Shown here in pieces: positions 1-9,519 of a DNA stretch of 46,772 bases (within the stretch, counting starts at the first letter, position 1; each line of letters begins with the position of its first letter). The notes beneath the pieces are model-generated. The model saw only the letters and a list, made by a program, of their open reading frames with translations. It was not told where the DNA came from and did not search any database. Source of the stretch: a virus (Duplodnaviria > Caudoviricetes); IMG/VR virus record IMGVR_UViG_3300034894_000013, positions 1-46,772 of that record. One strand, 5' to 3'. Position numbers and translations under genes: made by a program.

Positions 1-127
1 AGCGCGGAAGACATGCTGTCAAAAACAAACGACACGGAACTTGTGAATGACGAGGAGAAGAAAGTCAGATTAACGTACAGGGGAATATGATGATACCGGA
101 AAGAAACGCGCAACTCAAAGCGGGGTT
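1..127. repeat. Terminal direct repeat, copy 1 (circular assembly overlap)
   Basis: Identical to 46646-46772; 127 is a common assembler k-mer length. Confidence 0.95.
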
Positions 128-578
128 AGACGATCTGTGTAAATATGCCAAAGAACGATTACACGGTAAGGTTACTATGGCCGAGATAGGCGTATGGACT
201 GGAGCAGGCACGCTCATATTCTCGAAATACTTTGACACTATTTATGCTGTCGACCCGTGGTTTGGGAAGCACGAAGTTGAAGAGATATTTGATGCAAGAT
301 TCGAAAAGAGCGATAAAGTCATAAAAACCAAAAGTTTTTCTTATGACATCGTTAAAGAATTTGATAACGGCTCGCTCGATATGGTTTATATCGACGCGCT
401 TCATGATTATGAGAATGCAAAGCATGATATTGCGGATTGGCTTCCTAAAGTTAAAAAAGGCGGTTTTTTGTGCGGACATGATTACTGGAAAAAGTTTCCG
501 GGGGTTATCCGTGCGGTTAACGAGTTGCATAAACCAATAAAAATGTTCAAGGATTCGTCGTGGTTGATAGGGGTGTAA
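87..578 (+). CDS. Class I SAM-dependent methyltransferase (Methyltransf_24-like)
   Basis: AEIGVWTG motif I, DPW, LDMVYIDALHDYE, GGFLCGHDY; ATGA overlap with the neuB stop across the circular junction. Confidence 0.9.
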   Translation: MMIPERNAQLKAGLDDLCKYAKERLHGKVTMAEIGVWTGAGTLIFSKYFDTIYAVDPWFGKHEVEEIFDARFEKSDKVIKTKSFSYDIVKEFDNGSLDMVYIDALHDYENAKHDIADWLPKVKKGGFLCGHDYWKKFPGVIRAVNELHKPIKMFKDSSWLIGV

Positions 579-579
579 T

Positions 580-1191
580 ATGTTAGACAGAGGAATAATA
601 GTATCGGTACAAGGATACACGAAAGAAACAATCGAGGAGTTAGTCAGGGAAGCGATAAGCGCGGGGGCTGTTGCGATACGAACGGATAAACGCATACACG
701 TAGACATTAATAAAAAAGTACCAATAATTGGGTTATGGAAAACAAAAGTAAACGATCCGGTAAAGGAAGCGTACATAACTCCGACAAGAACGGAAATCGA
801 GCGTGTCGTACAGTGGGCGGATTATGTAGCCGTCGATTATCGAGAACTTAATACAAACCTGCCGGATATATCGAAGTATTGTAGAGAGAAAAAATTGAAG
901 GTAGTTGCGGATATCTCTACAATACGGGATTATGAAAACATCAAGGAGAATGACTATTACTACACGTATATTGCTACCACATTGTCGGTATTCTCGAATC
1001 TTTATGACCCGGATTTTAAAATTCTCCATGAGCTTATCGATGCGGGCGAAAAAAACATTATAGCCGAAGGAAATTTCAAGATTAGAAATGATGTGTCAAA
1101 GGCGTATAAGATGGGGATAAAAAATATTTGTATCGGCGCTGCGATATCGAATGTATATAAACTCACTCAAAAATTTACGAGTATACAATGA
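580..1191 (+). CDS. nanE: N-acetylmannosamine-6-phosphate 2-epimerase
   Basis: GIIVSVQ, GAVAIR, PIIGLWK (catalytic Lys), YITPT, VADIST, TTLS, IIAEG, IGAAI match NanE motifs. Confidence 0.9.
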   Translation: MLDRGIIVSVQGYTKETIEELVREAISAGAVAIRTDKRIHVDINKKVPIIGLWKTKVNDPVKEAYITPTRTEIERVVQWADYVAVDYRELNTNLPDISKYCREKKLKVVADISTIRDYENIKENDYYYTYIATTLSVFSNLYDPDFKILHELIDAGEKNIIAEGNFKIRNDVSKAYKMGIKNICIGAAISNVYKLTQKFTSIQ

Positions 1192-1496
1192 CATTTGTAA
1201 TAGACATTGACGACACGATTATTTTTTCACGATCTACGCTCTGCGCTGAGTGCGGCGGTCCAGTATACCGGGAAGAAAAAATAGATTTTGACGAGGTGCG
1301 GCGGATAAACAATGCATATGAAAAAGGTCATCAGATAATAGTACACACCGGAAGGGATTGGCTACAATTCGAGGTTACACAAAAACAGCTTGATAGGATA
1401 GGGATGAAATATCACCGACTTATTATGGGGAAACCGCACGGAATATACATCGACAAAGACTCTAAAAAAAGCTTGTCCGAGGTAGAGGGAGTATGA
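1188..1496 (+). CDS. Small capless HAD-superfamily phosphatase (capsule-biosynthesis type)
   Basis: DIDDT motif I, HTGR motif II, GKP, YIDKD. Confidence 0.85.
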   Translation: MTFVIDIDDTIIFSRSTLCAECGGPVYREEKIDFDEVRRINNAYEKGHQIIVHTGRDWLQFEVTQKQLDRIGMKYHRLIMGKPHGIYIDKDSKKSLSEVEGV

Positions 1497-1498
1497 TA

Positions 1499-1527
1499 TT
1501 GACATTCAGGAAAAAGAGTAGTATAAT
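1499..1527 (+). promoter_or_regulatory. Consensus sigma70 promoter
   Basis: TTGACA-17-TATAAT exact consensus. Confidence 0.85.
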
Positions 1528-1533
1528 AAATCA

Positions 1534-1857
1534 ATGATCGGAATGTATCTTACTGACATTATAGACATCATACACGTATCCAGGGACGAATACGGGGTCT
1601 CCACGGAAACGATAGAAACCGGTGTAAAAGCGCGTATCGAGGATACGAACGCCGTAGTGAAAGGTTTTAACGGAAAAGAAGTTGTTGCAAACGCGCATAT
1701 AATAGCGGAACCGTCACAGGTGATAACGTATGAAGATAAAATTCGTATGGTAAAAATAACGGATTCTTCGTTTCTTATCGATCAAAAAAAGTGTGAGATA
1801 AAAAAACTTTCTCGTTCGCACGGGTTCGACCTGAGTCATTGGGAGATATGGGTATAA
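1534..1857 (+). CDS. Putative head closure / head-tail joining protein
   Basis: Size, N-terminal DEYG motif, position at start of connector block. Confidence 0.6.
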   Translation: MIGMYLTDIIDIIHVSRDEYGVSTETIETGVKARIEDTNAVVKGFNGKEVVANAHIIAEPSQVITYEDKIRMVKITDSSFLIDQKKCEIKKLSRSHGFDLSHWEIWV

Positions 1858-2384
1858 TGGCATACACCAGTAAAAGTGGTTTTTCCGTAAAAGACAATCT
1901 TACTCCAGGTTTGAAAAAGTATTTCGATAAACTCGGCATAGGAAAAAATAAAGTCGGAACCATCGATCATGATGCAAGAATAAAAGTAGGGCTGCAATTA
2001 CTCAATGTGACTATAAACGGGTCGAGCAAAGAATCCGTAGTACCACCAATACAAACAGGTGTATTACGCGGATCGGGCAGCGTGTTTGTCGCCGATACTT
2101 TCGTAGGTGATACAAAGGCAAATTATTCGAACGGTAAACCGAATTCTTCGTATACCTCGTCAGACAAAGACGACATAACGATAGGATTCAACACGGCATA
2201 CGCGGCCCGACTCCATGAAACACAGTGGACGGCGGGGGGTAAAAATCCGTCGCCACAATCAGTAAGGAATCCCGGTATGCTCGGAAACGTCGGTAATAAA
2301 TTCATAGAGCGGCATTTAAAAGCGGATGGAAAAGATTTACTCGGTTTTTATGCCGACCTGGTGAAAAAGGAATCCGGCGGATGA
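1857..2384 (+). CDS. Neck protein (HK97 gp10-like / minor capsid-like)
   Basis: PIQTGVLRGS, IGFNTAYAARLHE, GNKFIE motifs; ATG overlaps upstream TAA. Confidence 0.75.
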   Translation: MAYTSKSGFSVKDNLTPGLKKYFDKLGIGKNKVGTIDHDARIKVGLQLLNVTINGSSKESVVPPIQTGVLRGSGSVFVADTFVGDTKANYSNGKPNSSYTSSDKDDITIGFNTAYAARLHETQWTAGGKNPSPQSVRNPGMLGNVGNKFIERHLKADGKDLLGFYADLVKKESGG

Positions 2385-2791
2385 TATATCAGCTTGCTCG
2401 GTATTTAAAAAACCAGTTTCCCACGGAATGTATATACACGAACGGCAGAATAAAACTATCTACGCAGCAAGAAATACCGGATCGTAACGTGTTGATTATG
2501 GAAACAGGCGGAAGCGAAATACCGTGGATACAACGAGACGAGGCGACAGTGCAAATACTGACGCGTGACGCCGATGTGACAAAATCTCGGAAACTCGCGC
2601 ATAATATTTTTTCCGATATCACGAGTAGATTCGGGCTTATTCTTCCAGCCGTGACGGTAGACGGTTCTGCGTATCCTGCATTGCAGGTATCTCAGATTTC
2701 AGCGATACAGCTTCCGTACTGTCTCGGAGCCGATGAAGCGGGACTGATTGAGTTTACCACGAATTATCATATATTTTTCGTGAGAACATAA
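2381..2791 (+). CDS. Putative tail terminator protein
   Basis: VQILTR motif and C-terminal FTTNY; lies just before major tail gene. Confidence 0.65.
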   Translation: MIYQLARYLKNQFPTECIYTNGRIKLSTQQEIPDRNVLIMETGGSEIPWIQRDEATVQILTRDADVTKSRKLAHNIFSDITSRFGLILPAVTVDGSAYPALQVSQISAIQLPYCLGADEAGLIEFTTNYHIFFVRT

Positions 2792-2857
2792 CAGCCGTCA
2801 ACCGACAGGCAAAAGAAGAATCAAAACAATTTTAAAAATCTCAAGGAGAACATTGCA

Positions 2858-3397
2858 ATGGCCAATCCTCCTATTGGAAACAACTTCATAGAGGGACCGT
2901 TAGGAGTTGTTACCATAAATTTCAACGGTGTTGATCTCGGAAAAACCATAGACGAGGCGATGTTAGAATTCATTGAAGACATTAAAGACATCAATTTCGC
3001 GCAGAATGGTACACAGCCGTATGACAAAATTCCTACCGGGCAAGCGTATCAAGTAACCGTGAAACTCGGTGAGATTACCTGGGCGCGTCTCGGCGAGGTG
3101 TTACGCGGAGTAACGGTAACTGGAAACAGTGCGAAACTCGGGCGTGATATCTACAGGTCCGGTAGAGACAACTTTTCAAAAATCCTCATCTTACGCCGAG
3201 TCGATAGCGACGGAAACGCGTCTACCGACAACCTTTTCCGGTTGCTTTTTTACAAGGCAATGCCCACTGTCAACGGCGCTATCGGATCTTTCGGACCCGA
3301 TACGCAGCGTGAAGTACAGGTCGTGTTTTATTGTTTTTACGATGAAAGTAAAGAGGCTTTCGGATACTCTGGGTATGCATCTAGCCTCGGATTATAG
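2858..3397 (+). CDS. Major tail tube protein
   Basis: GVDLGKT, strong AAGGAG RBS, synteny before chaperones and tape measure. Confidence 0.7.
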   Translation: MANPPIGNNFIEGPLGVVTINFNGVDLGKTIDEAMLEFIEDIKDINFAQNGTQPYDKIPTGQAYQVTVKLGEITWARLGEVLRGVTVTGNSAKLGRDIYRSGRDNFSKILILRRVDSDGNASTDNLFRLLFYKAMPTVNGAIGSFGPDTQREVQVVFYCFYDESKEAFGYSGYASSLGL

Positions 3398-3424
3398 TTT
3401 GTGAAGAATAAAGGGGAATGAAGA

Positions 3425-3736
3425 ATGGAAAAAATATTGATGCCCGCTCCTATCGAGTTTATCGTGCAAGACATCGACGGAAAAGAAATTGCGCTTTCTG
3501 CAAAATCGATTTCCAGGAAAATGATGACGCGCATAAATGACATAGCGAAAAAGGCGGACGCGGAAGATAATAAAGACACCTCGGGAATACTGCATGAACA
3601 AATGGCGGTATTTTTCGGTGGGGTCTCGGAAGATTACGACAATCTCGATTTCCGTGTCATCAAAGAAGTGTTGAAGAGAGTAACGGAGGAAATAAAAGGA
3701 AAAGACGACCCTACGCAGAGGCAGGGCAAAAAATAG
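3425..3736 (+). CDS. Tail assembly chaperone (G-like)
   Basis: Between tail tube and tape measure; ends DDPTQRQGKK. Confidence 0.7.
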   Translation: MEKILMPAPIEFIVQDIDGKEIALSAKSISRKMMTRINDIAKKADAEDNKDTSGILHEQMAVFFGGVSEDYDNLDFRVIKEVLKRVTEEIKGKDDPTQRQGKK

Positions 3737-3765
3737 TCCTGCCTTTCATTAAATCCGGGTTTTCT

Positions 3766-4050
3766 TTGCGTGACGTAGAACGACTGTATAACGATTACGA
3801 TACGAGGGTTTTCAAAATCGTGTTGACAGAGATACATAAACAGAACGAGCTTGAGCGGCTACAAAGAAAACTCGATATGGCAGAGGTGATAAACGCCGCT
3901 TATATAGGATCTCAGTACGATAAGCAAGGTAAGAATAAAAAGCAGTTTGCGATATGGCAAAACAAAGTGATCCGGGAAATAAATAGATTGCAGAACAGGA
4001 AGACGTTGACAATATGGGACACGTTCAAAAAATCGAAAAGGATTAAATAA
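3766..4050 (+). CDS. Tail assembly chaperone extension (T-like, probably via -1 frameshift)
   Basis: In the -1 frame of the upstream ORF, open back into it; TTG start without evident RBS. Confidence 0.6.
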   Translation: MRDVERLYNDYDTRVFKIVLTEIHKQNELERLQRKLDMAEVINAAYIGSQYDKQGKNKKQFAIWQNKVIREINRLQNRKTLTIWDTFKKSKRIK

Positions 4051-6198
4051 GTGTTTGATGTAGGTAGCGCGATAGGCCATATTAGACTCGATTCTTCGGA
4101 TTTCGTCAAAGGTTCGAACGACGTAAACAAATCTTCAATGTCTATGACGAAATCCATGTTCGCTGCGCAACTCGCGTATGACGTGTTCAGAAAAGCGGTA
4201 TCTCTTGCGACGGATTTTCTGAAAGATTCTGTTTCTGCATTTATCGAATCCGAACAAGCTACAAAACAGCTTGAAACAGTATTGAAGTCTACCGGTCACG
4301 CTGCGGGGATAACGAAAGACGAAGTTCTCGGGCTTGCCTCCGCATTGCAGCAGCAGACTAATTTTGAAGACGACGCAATTGTGGCGGCGGATAATCTACT
4401 TCTCACTTTTACAAAAGTCGGAAAAGACATATTCCCGCAAGCCACAGAAATTATTCTTGATATGTCGCAAGCTCTCGGGCAGGATTTGAAATCGTCGGCA
4501 ATCCAGGTCGGTAAAGCTTTACAAGACCCCATTCTCGGGGTTACTGCGTTACGCCGTGTTGGTGTTAATTTCAACCAAGAACAAACCGAGATAATAAAAA
4601 ATCTCGTTAATACTGGACGATCCACAGAAGCACAAGCGATGATATTGAAAGAACTACAAACAGAATTCGGAGGATCGGCAAAAGCAGCTCGCGATACTTT
4701 CGGCGGCGCGTTAAAGGCCGTGCAAAATAACGTTGACGATTTACAAGAAACTTTCGGGAGTTATATAGCGGCGGCGGGTAGACCGTTTGTCGAAAATATG
4801 AATGAAATGGTTCTCGGAATAAATTCTTTTTTGCAGTCGAAAGAAGGATTCCAGCAAGTAAAGGATGTTCTTCTTCCGCTCGTCGGCGTGTTCGGTGTAG
4901 CGTGGGATTTTGCCAGCAAGCTTTTTTCTGTTTTCGTAAAATTCGGGGAAGGTGTTTTCAAAGATTTAAAAAACGGATTTTCCGATATCGTGGGAAAGGG
5001 AAATGAAACAAACGTAGTATTTGGTATACTCGGCGGATTCGTAAAAAACATCTCTGTTGGCTTTACGATACTGCAAAAAGTAATAAAACTTGTTATACAA
5101 GGCGTTGCCGATCTTGTATCGGCGATTGGTAAATCAATAGATGTACTCGGCGCTTTCGGCGAAGCTCTTGCAGACCCACTCAATGAAAAAAAGTGGAAGA
5201 AGGTAGAGGATAATTTCAAGCTTGCTGGGGATGCGTTCGCTAAATTCGGCGCGGGAGTAATGCAGAATACTACACAACTCGTAGCGGCAACAATAAACGA
5301 ATTTAAAAATTTCGAAACAGAGGCAAAATCTAATGCGGAGAGTATTAAAAAAAGTTACGACGATAGCGTAAAAGGTATAAATAGTTCTCTCGATAAGTTG
5401 CAAACCGGTTTAAATGAAACAGCTGGGGCTTTGAATAAACCTATTATAGATGAACCATTGATATCGGATGACGCGATAGTCTCAACAGAGGAAAAGATAA
5501 AAGCAGTATCGGAATACTGGAAAGCTGCGGCGGAAGAAACAAAAAAATATTGGGATGATGTGTCCAACGAAATGAATAGCGCTTTTGATAAAGCGTTCGA
5601 TGCTATATCAGGAGCGCTGAAACAGTCTATCGATAATGAACAAACACTTGAGGACAACAACTACAAAAAGAAAAAAGCCAACATCGAGGCAACGGTAACA
5701 GATGAAGAAGAAAAAGCAAAACAACTCGAAGCGCTCGAAAAAGAACACGCGGCGAAAACAGCAGAGATAAAAAAGAAACAATTCGAGGCGGATAAAGCGG
5801 CCAATATAATTGGGACTATAATTTCGACAGCGCGCGGGGTCGCCGAGGCCGTTGCAATGGCGCATCTTTTTCCGTTCAATTTCGTGCTCGCTGGAATAAT
5901 TGGCGCGGCGGGTGCTGTACAACTCGGTACAATTTTGTCACAGCCTACACCCGAATTCGCTAAGGGTACGGGGATGTCGAAACATAGCGGGCTCGCGCTC
6001 GTAGGAGAAAAAGGACCGGAGCTCGTTAATTTTGGCAGACCCGCGCAGATATTTTCAAACAACGACACGCGAAGTATTTTAGGAGGCGGATTGACTCAGG
6101 AAAATAATTATTACGGTGATCTCAATACACAACTCGATCTTGACAGAGTTAACGCAGAGAACGCGAGACGCACACGTAGATTATTGAGGGCGTCATAA
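4051..6198 (+). CDS. Tail tape measure protein
   Basis: 715 aa helical protein; QVGKALQDP..G..AL; C-terminal FAKG..ALVGEKGPELV. Confidence 0.92.
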   Translation: MFDVGSAIGHIRLDSSDFVKGSNDVNKSSMSMTKSMFAAQLAYDVFRKAVSLATDFLKDSVSAFIESEQATKQLETVLKSTGHAAGITKDEVLGLASALQQQTNFEDDAIVAADNLLLTFTKVGKDIFPQATEIILDMSQALGQDLKSSAIQVGKALQDPILGVTALRRVGVNFNQEQTEIIKNLVNTGRSTEAQAMILKELQTEFGGSAKAARDTFGGALKAVQNNVDDLQETFGSYIAAAGRPFVENMNEMVLGINSFLQSKEGFQQVKDVLLPLVGVFGVAWDFASKLFSVFVKFGEGVFKDLKNGFSDIVGKGNETNVVFGILGGFVKNISVGFTILQKVIKLVIQGVADLVSAIGKSIDVLGAFGEALADPLNEKKWKKVEDNFKLAGDAFAKFGAGVMQNTTQLVAATINEFKNFETEAKSNAESIKKSYDDSVKGINSSLDKLQTGLNETAGALNKPIIDEPLISDDAIVSTEEKIKAVSEYWKAAAEETKKYWDDVSNEMNSAFDKAFDAISGALKQSIDNEQTLEDNNYKKKKANIEATVTDEEEKAKQLEALEKEHAAKTAEIKKKQFEADKAANIIGTIISTARGVAEAVAMAHLFPFNFVLAGIIGAAGAVQLGTILSQPTPEFAKGTGMSKHSGLALVGEKGPELVNFGRPAQIFSNNDTRSILGGGLTQENNYYGDLNTQLDLDRVNAENARRTRRLLRAS

Positions 6199-6959
6199 TG
6201 GCAGTATCGTATATTCGATTAACTGACGATAACGGAAACATATATAATTTTCCACCGTCGTTATTTATCAAATCTCAAAAACTATCCGTGAATAACGCAA
6301 TGCAAAAGTTGCTCTACGCGCACGGAGGGCGCGATTTGTCGGATGCATATTTGCAAGTCAGACAAATCACAATGGAGGGTACGTTATACGCCGATACTCT
6401 GGCGTTATTTGAGACGGCGAAACGAGCGCTCGCCCAGGCTGTTTTGAAAGGTGGACGACTGTCAATAAGCAATGACACGGTTACTCGTTTTATAGGCGTG
6501 CGTTTGTTAGACTACGATCCGGATATGGAATATCAAACGCTCGATAATGTTTCTATCTCGTTTGTTGCCGAGTATCCTTTCTGGCAGGATACGACCGAAA
6601 CGGAACAAGTCGAGGTAGTAGCCGGGAACACTTCGTTTGTTGTCGATACTACCGGGGCGGATGACATAATGTTACCGGAGATAGAAATAGACGCGGATCA
6701 AGCGGCGGATATCCCCGGAGTCAAAATGTATAACTATAATGACGGCGGTCTCGCATTCGAATACAACGATCCGCAATTTTACATTAACGATATTCTCATA
6801 ATCAATTCGTACAACGGAACAGTTATGAAAAACGGAAACCCGTCAATGTTGTATTTCAATCCTCCGTATTTTATTAGATTACAGCCGGGAACTAATACAA
6901 TTTATTATGAAGGTGCAGCGGCGACGATAAAAATTAGATACCGAAAGGTGTATATGTAA
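6198..6959 (+). CDS. Distal tail protein (Dit-like)
   Basis: Follows tape measure; PFW and LQPGTNTI motifs. Confidence 0.75.
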   Translation: MAVSYIRLTDDNGNIYNFPPSLFIKSQKLSVNNAMQKLLYAHGGRDLSDAYLQVRQITMEGTLYADTLALFETAKRALAQAVLKGGRLSISNDTVTRFIGVRLLDYDPDMEYQTLDNVSISFVAEYPFWQDTTETEQVEVVAGNTSFVVDTTGADDIMLPEIEIDADQAADIPGVKMYNYNDGGLAFEYNDPQFYINDILIINSYNGTVMKNGNPSMLYFNPPYFIRLQPGTNTIYYEGAAATIKIRYRKVYM

Positions 6960-8188
6960 TGCCTACATATACCGGGGATAAATACGGCCAACATCTTTAC
7001 GGCGGATTAGGAATTCCTTATAGACTTCCGACCGTACCGGTATCGGTAGAGGTGTTCGATTCACTCGGTACGAGAAAAGACTTTTATCAAACCGGGTCAA
7101 GCGATTTATTGGAAATAGAATTTTCTCTTTCCGAAACAGGGTGTAATGATTTTAGAATAAATTTCGGCAGTATAAAAAATATTTCGAAGAACGATAAAAT
7201 AAAAATAAAATTATTTACGTCTGATTTATATTTCTTTTCCGGTGTTGTAAGGGAAATACCGATTGTCGGATCGACGGAAAATAAATACGAATATTCGGGG
7301 TTCGGACTAAACGATTATTTCCAAAGAATTCTAGTGTTGGACGAAAATTATTTAAATAAATCTATAAATTATATCGTGTCGGATTTATTTACGAAATATA
7401 TTTCTCCTAACACGTTGATAACGTGGAACGCGGCTAATGTCGATGCACTTACTACTACCATAACGGATTGTACTTTTTTCTATGTTACCATATACGATGC
7501 ATTAGATGCTTTACGGAAACTCGCTAACTCCGATGGAAATGATTATCTTGTCGGGGTTGATGAAAACGACGAATTCTTTTTCCGTGCTCGTTCTGCGGAT
7601 ATAAAAGTTACGCTTGTAGTAGGGAAGCGCGGTCGATACGGTATACCATCGTATTCCCCTAAAGACGATTACGAGGCGAGAACGAAATATTACGTTATCC
7701 GCGACGATGGGACATATTACGGAGCGGTTACGAGCACAGAAGGAAACGATATATACGAGGATAAAATACAAGCCCCTGCGGGTCTGTCCGACGCGGATAT
7801 AGCAAAATGGGCTGATGGAATATTGAAAGACACGGAGATAAATCGACGTTCTGCGTCGATTGATTGGAAGATAGAGCCTTATTATCCGGATTTATTACGT
7901 GCAGATGGGCATTTGCGGGTAATATCAAATGTACAACAAAAATTCGGTGAGGATATTATCGCTTCCCCATACGGAGCAGGACTATATGGAGCCGGACTTT
8001 ATGGCGGCGAACAATACACAGGGTACATAATCGACGACACCTTGAAAGTGATAGAGGTGTTGTATCAGATAACGCCAAGTGCGGCGAATAGAAAAATAAC
8101 TCTCGGTGCTCGACCGATTGTACAAGAACAGCAAATAGTCGATATCCGAAAAAAATTGACGGATCTCGTAATCAACTTAGGAAGGTAA
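6959..8188 (+). CDS. Baseplate hub / tail-associated protein
   Basis: Position after Dit; YGxxLYG motifs near both ends. Confidence 0.6.
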   Translation: MPTYTGDKYGQHLYGGLGIPYRLPTVPVSVEVFDSLGTRKDFYQTGSSDLLEIEFSLSETGCNDFRINFGSIKNISKNDKIKIKLFTSDLYFFSGVVREIPIVGSTENKYEYSGFGLNDYFQRILVLDENYLNKSINYIVSDLFTKYISPNTLITWNAANVDALTTTITDCTFFYVTIYDALDALRKLANSDGNDYLVGVDENDEFFFRARSADIKVTLVVGKRGRYGIPSYSPKDDYEARTKYYVIRDDGTYYGAVTSTEGNDIYEDKIQAPAGLSDADIAKWADGILKDTEINRRSASIDWKIEPYYPDLLRADGHLRVISNVQQKFGEDIIASPYGAGLYGAGLYGGEQYTGYIIDDTLKVIEVLYQITPSAANRKITLGARPIVQEQQIVDIRKKLTDLVINLGR

Positions 8189-8190
8189 AA

Positions 8191-9003
8191 ATGGCGAATA
8201 CTTTTTTTCCAAAACCGGCAATAGGCGGCAGCAACAATGTGTGGGCGACATACCTTGACATGCTCGTACGCGCGGGCGGTCAAGGCGCGCTTACGTGCGA
8301 GTTGTACAACGACTCGGGGACACTCAAGCTTAGTAAGGGCAAAATTGGGATTGATAATGGGGTGGTAGAGGGCGTGTCGGTAATCGATACGATAACGACA
8401 ATAAGTACAGCGGGGATGACGGCGAATAACTGGCATAAAGTGGAAATGACCGTGAGTGGAACGGCGGTAACGATTGCAATAGCGGCGATTGCGGGGGCGA
8501 CTGACGAGAGTACGATTGATACAGCAACTAAAGCGGCGTACGATTACGAAAAGGCCGGGTACTATCTCGATCCCGCAAAACGATTGATCGGAGTTGTTTT
8601 TCTCCGCGCTGCTCTTGCGCTCGGTAGGATCGTAAATTGTGAGAGCGGGAAGCTCGGGTTTAAGGGGATAAGAATTAAAAATAGCTACACAACACTATCT
8701 GCTGAAAGTCAAAAATATATAGCTGAAATTGAAATAGACGTTTCAGCATGGAATATGGACACAACAACACAACACTACGCAGTATTGCCGTATGCGATTA
8801 CTAAAGAAGTAAAGTCGGTTATAACTATAAAAAATAATAGCGGGCTTGCCTATTCCGGTAACATTGGCGGCTTGTCTGATGCTTGGTACCAAACAGTAGG
8901 CGGAGAGGGACGACTATATATGGATAGATTACTTGCCGGCGCCTTTGATAATGCCGGGTTTAATGCGGCAACAGGGATAATTATAATAATATGGGAAACC
9001 TAA
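8191..9003 (+). CDS. Tail fibre / receptor-binding protein 1
   Basis: Position; N-terminal ~150 aa paralogous to 9520-10713. Confidence 0.6.
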   Translation: MANTFFPKPAIGGSNNVWATYLDMLVRAGGQGALTCELYNDSGTLKLSKGKIGIDNGVVEGVSVIDTITTISTAGMTANNWHKVEMTVSGTAVTIAIAAIAGATDESTIDTATKAAYDYEKAGYYLDPAKRLIGVVFLRAALALGRIVNCESGKLGFKGIRIKNSYTTLSAESQKYIAEIEIDVSAWNMDTTTQHYAVLPYAITKEVKSVITIKNNSGLAYSGNIGGLSDAWYQTVGGEGRLYMDRLLAGAFDNAGFNAATGIIIIIWET

Positions 9004-9440
9004 TAAATTATTTTACTCTTTATTTCAAAAAACACTCTTGTATATCCGCCTTCAACAGTAGGTATCCCATTTTCTTTTTCCAAGAATGTGGCAAGCGGAT
9101 GATAACAAAAATGTTCACAGTTTATAGAAATTCCTTTAACTGGTTCAAATCCAAAATTAAAGGAATAGGTCATATCTGTGGGAAAAAAATAAGTTGTTTC
9201 AGTGTTTGTAAAGCCGTTTATCCACGAACCACCAAATTTAAACATGCTGAAAACAAGGCAGTTTATAGAAAAAACTCCGTTAAAAGGGGTCATTCCTTCA
9301 ATTTTATTTGTAGTATAAAAGCTTATAGCCCCCTCTTTTATCCACCCCAACTGAAACGCCCATTCGACCTCAAGCCAGCTCGATTCGGCGTACGCGAATC
9401 CGGCGGTCAGAATCAAAACAACGATAAAAATCTTTTTCAT
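9000..9440 (-). CDS. Exported beta-rich protein (moron, possible receptor-blocking protein)
   Basis: Signal peptide MKKIFIVVLILTAGFAYA, GAGGAG RBS, own promoter, opposite strand inside tail operon. Confidence 0.6.
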   Translation of the reverse strand: MKKIFIVVLILTAGFAYAESSWLEVEWAFQLGWIKEGAISFYTTNKIEGMTPFNGVFSINCLVFSMFKFGGSWINGFTNTETTYFFPTDMTYSFNFGFEPVKGISINCEHFCYHPLATFLEKENGIPTVEGGYTRVFFEIKSKIIY

Positions 9441-9461
9441 ATATTTAATCTCCTCATATTA

Positions 9462-9490
9462 AATATACACCTAATCGTACAAAAAGTCAA
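9462..9490 (-). promoter_or_regulatory. sigma70-type promoter with TACGATTAG spacer motif
   Basis: TTGACT-17-TATATT on minus strand. Confidence 0.75.
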
Positions 9491-9519
9491 GTACCTTAAA
9501 AGAAAGGAGGTGCCTGTAT

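Noticed and set aside
1-127. Biological terminal repeat of the virion DNA
   Set aside because: Length equals a typical assembler k-mer, it falls mid-gene, and the terminase type suggests headful packaging
87-578. DNA methyltransferase
   Set aside because: Lacks DPPY/NPPY or PCQ motifs; matches small-molecule or glycan methyltransferase pattern
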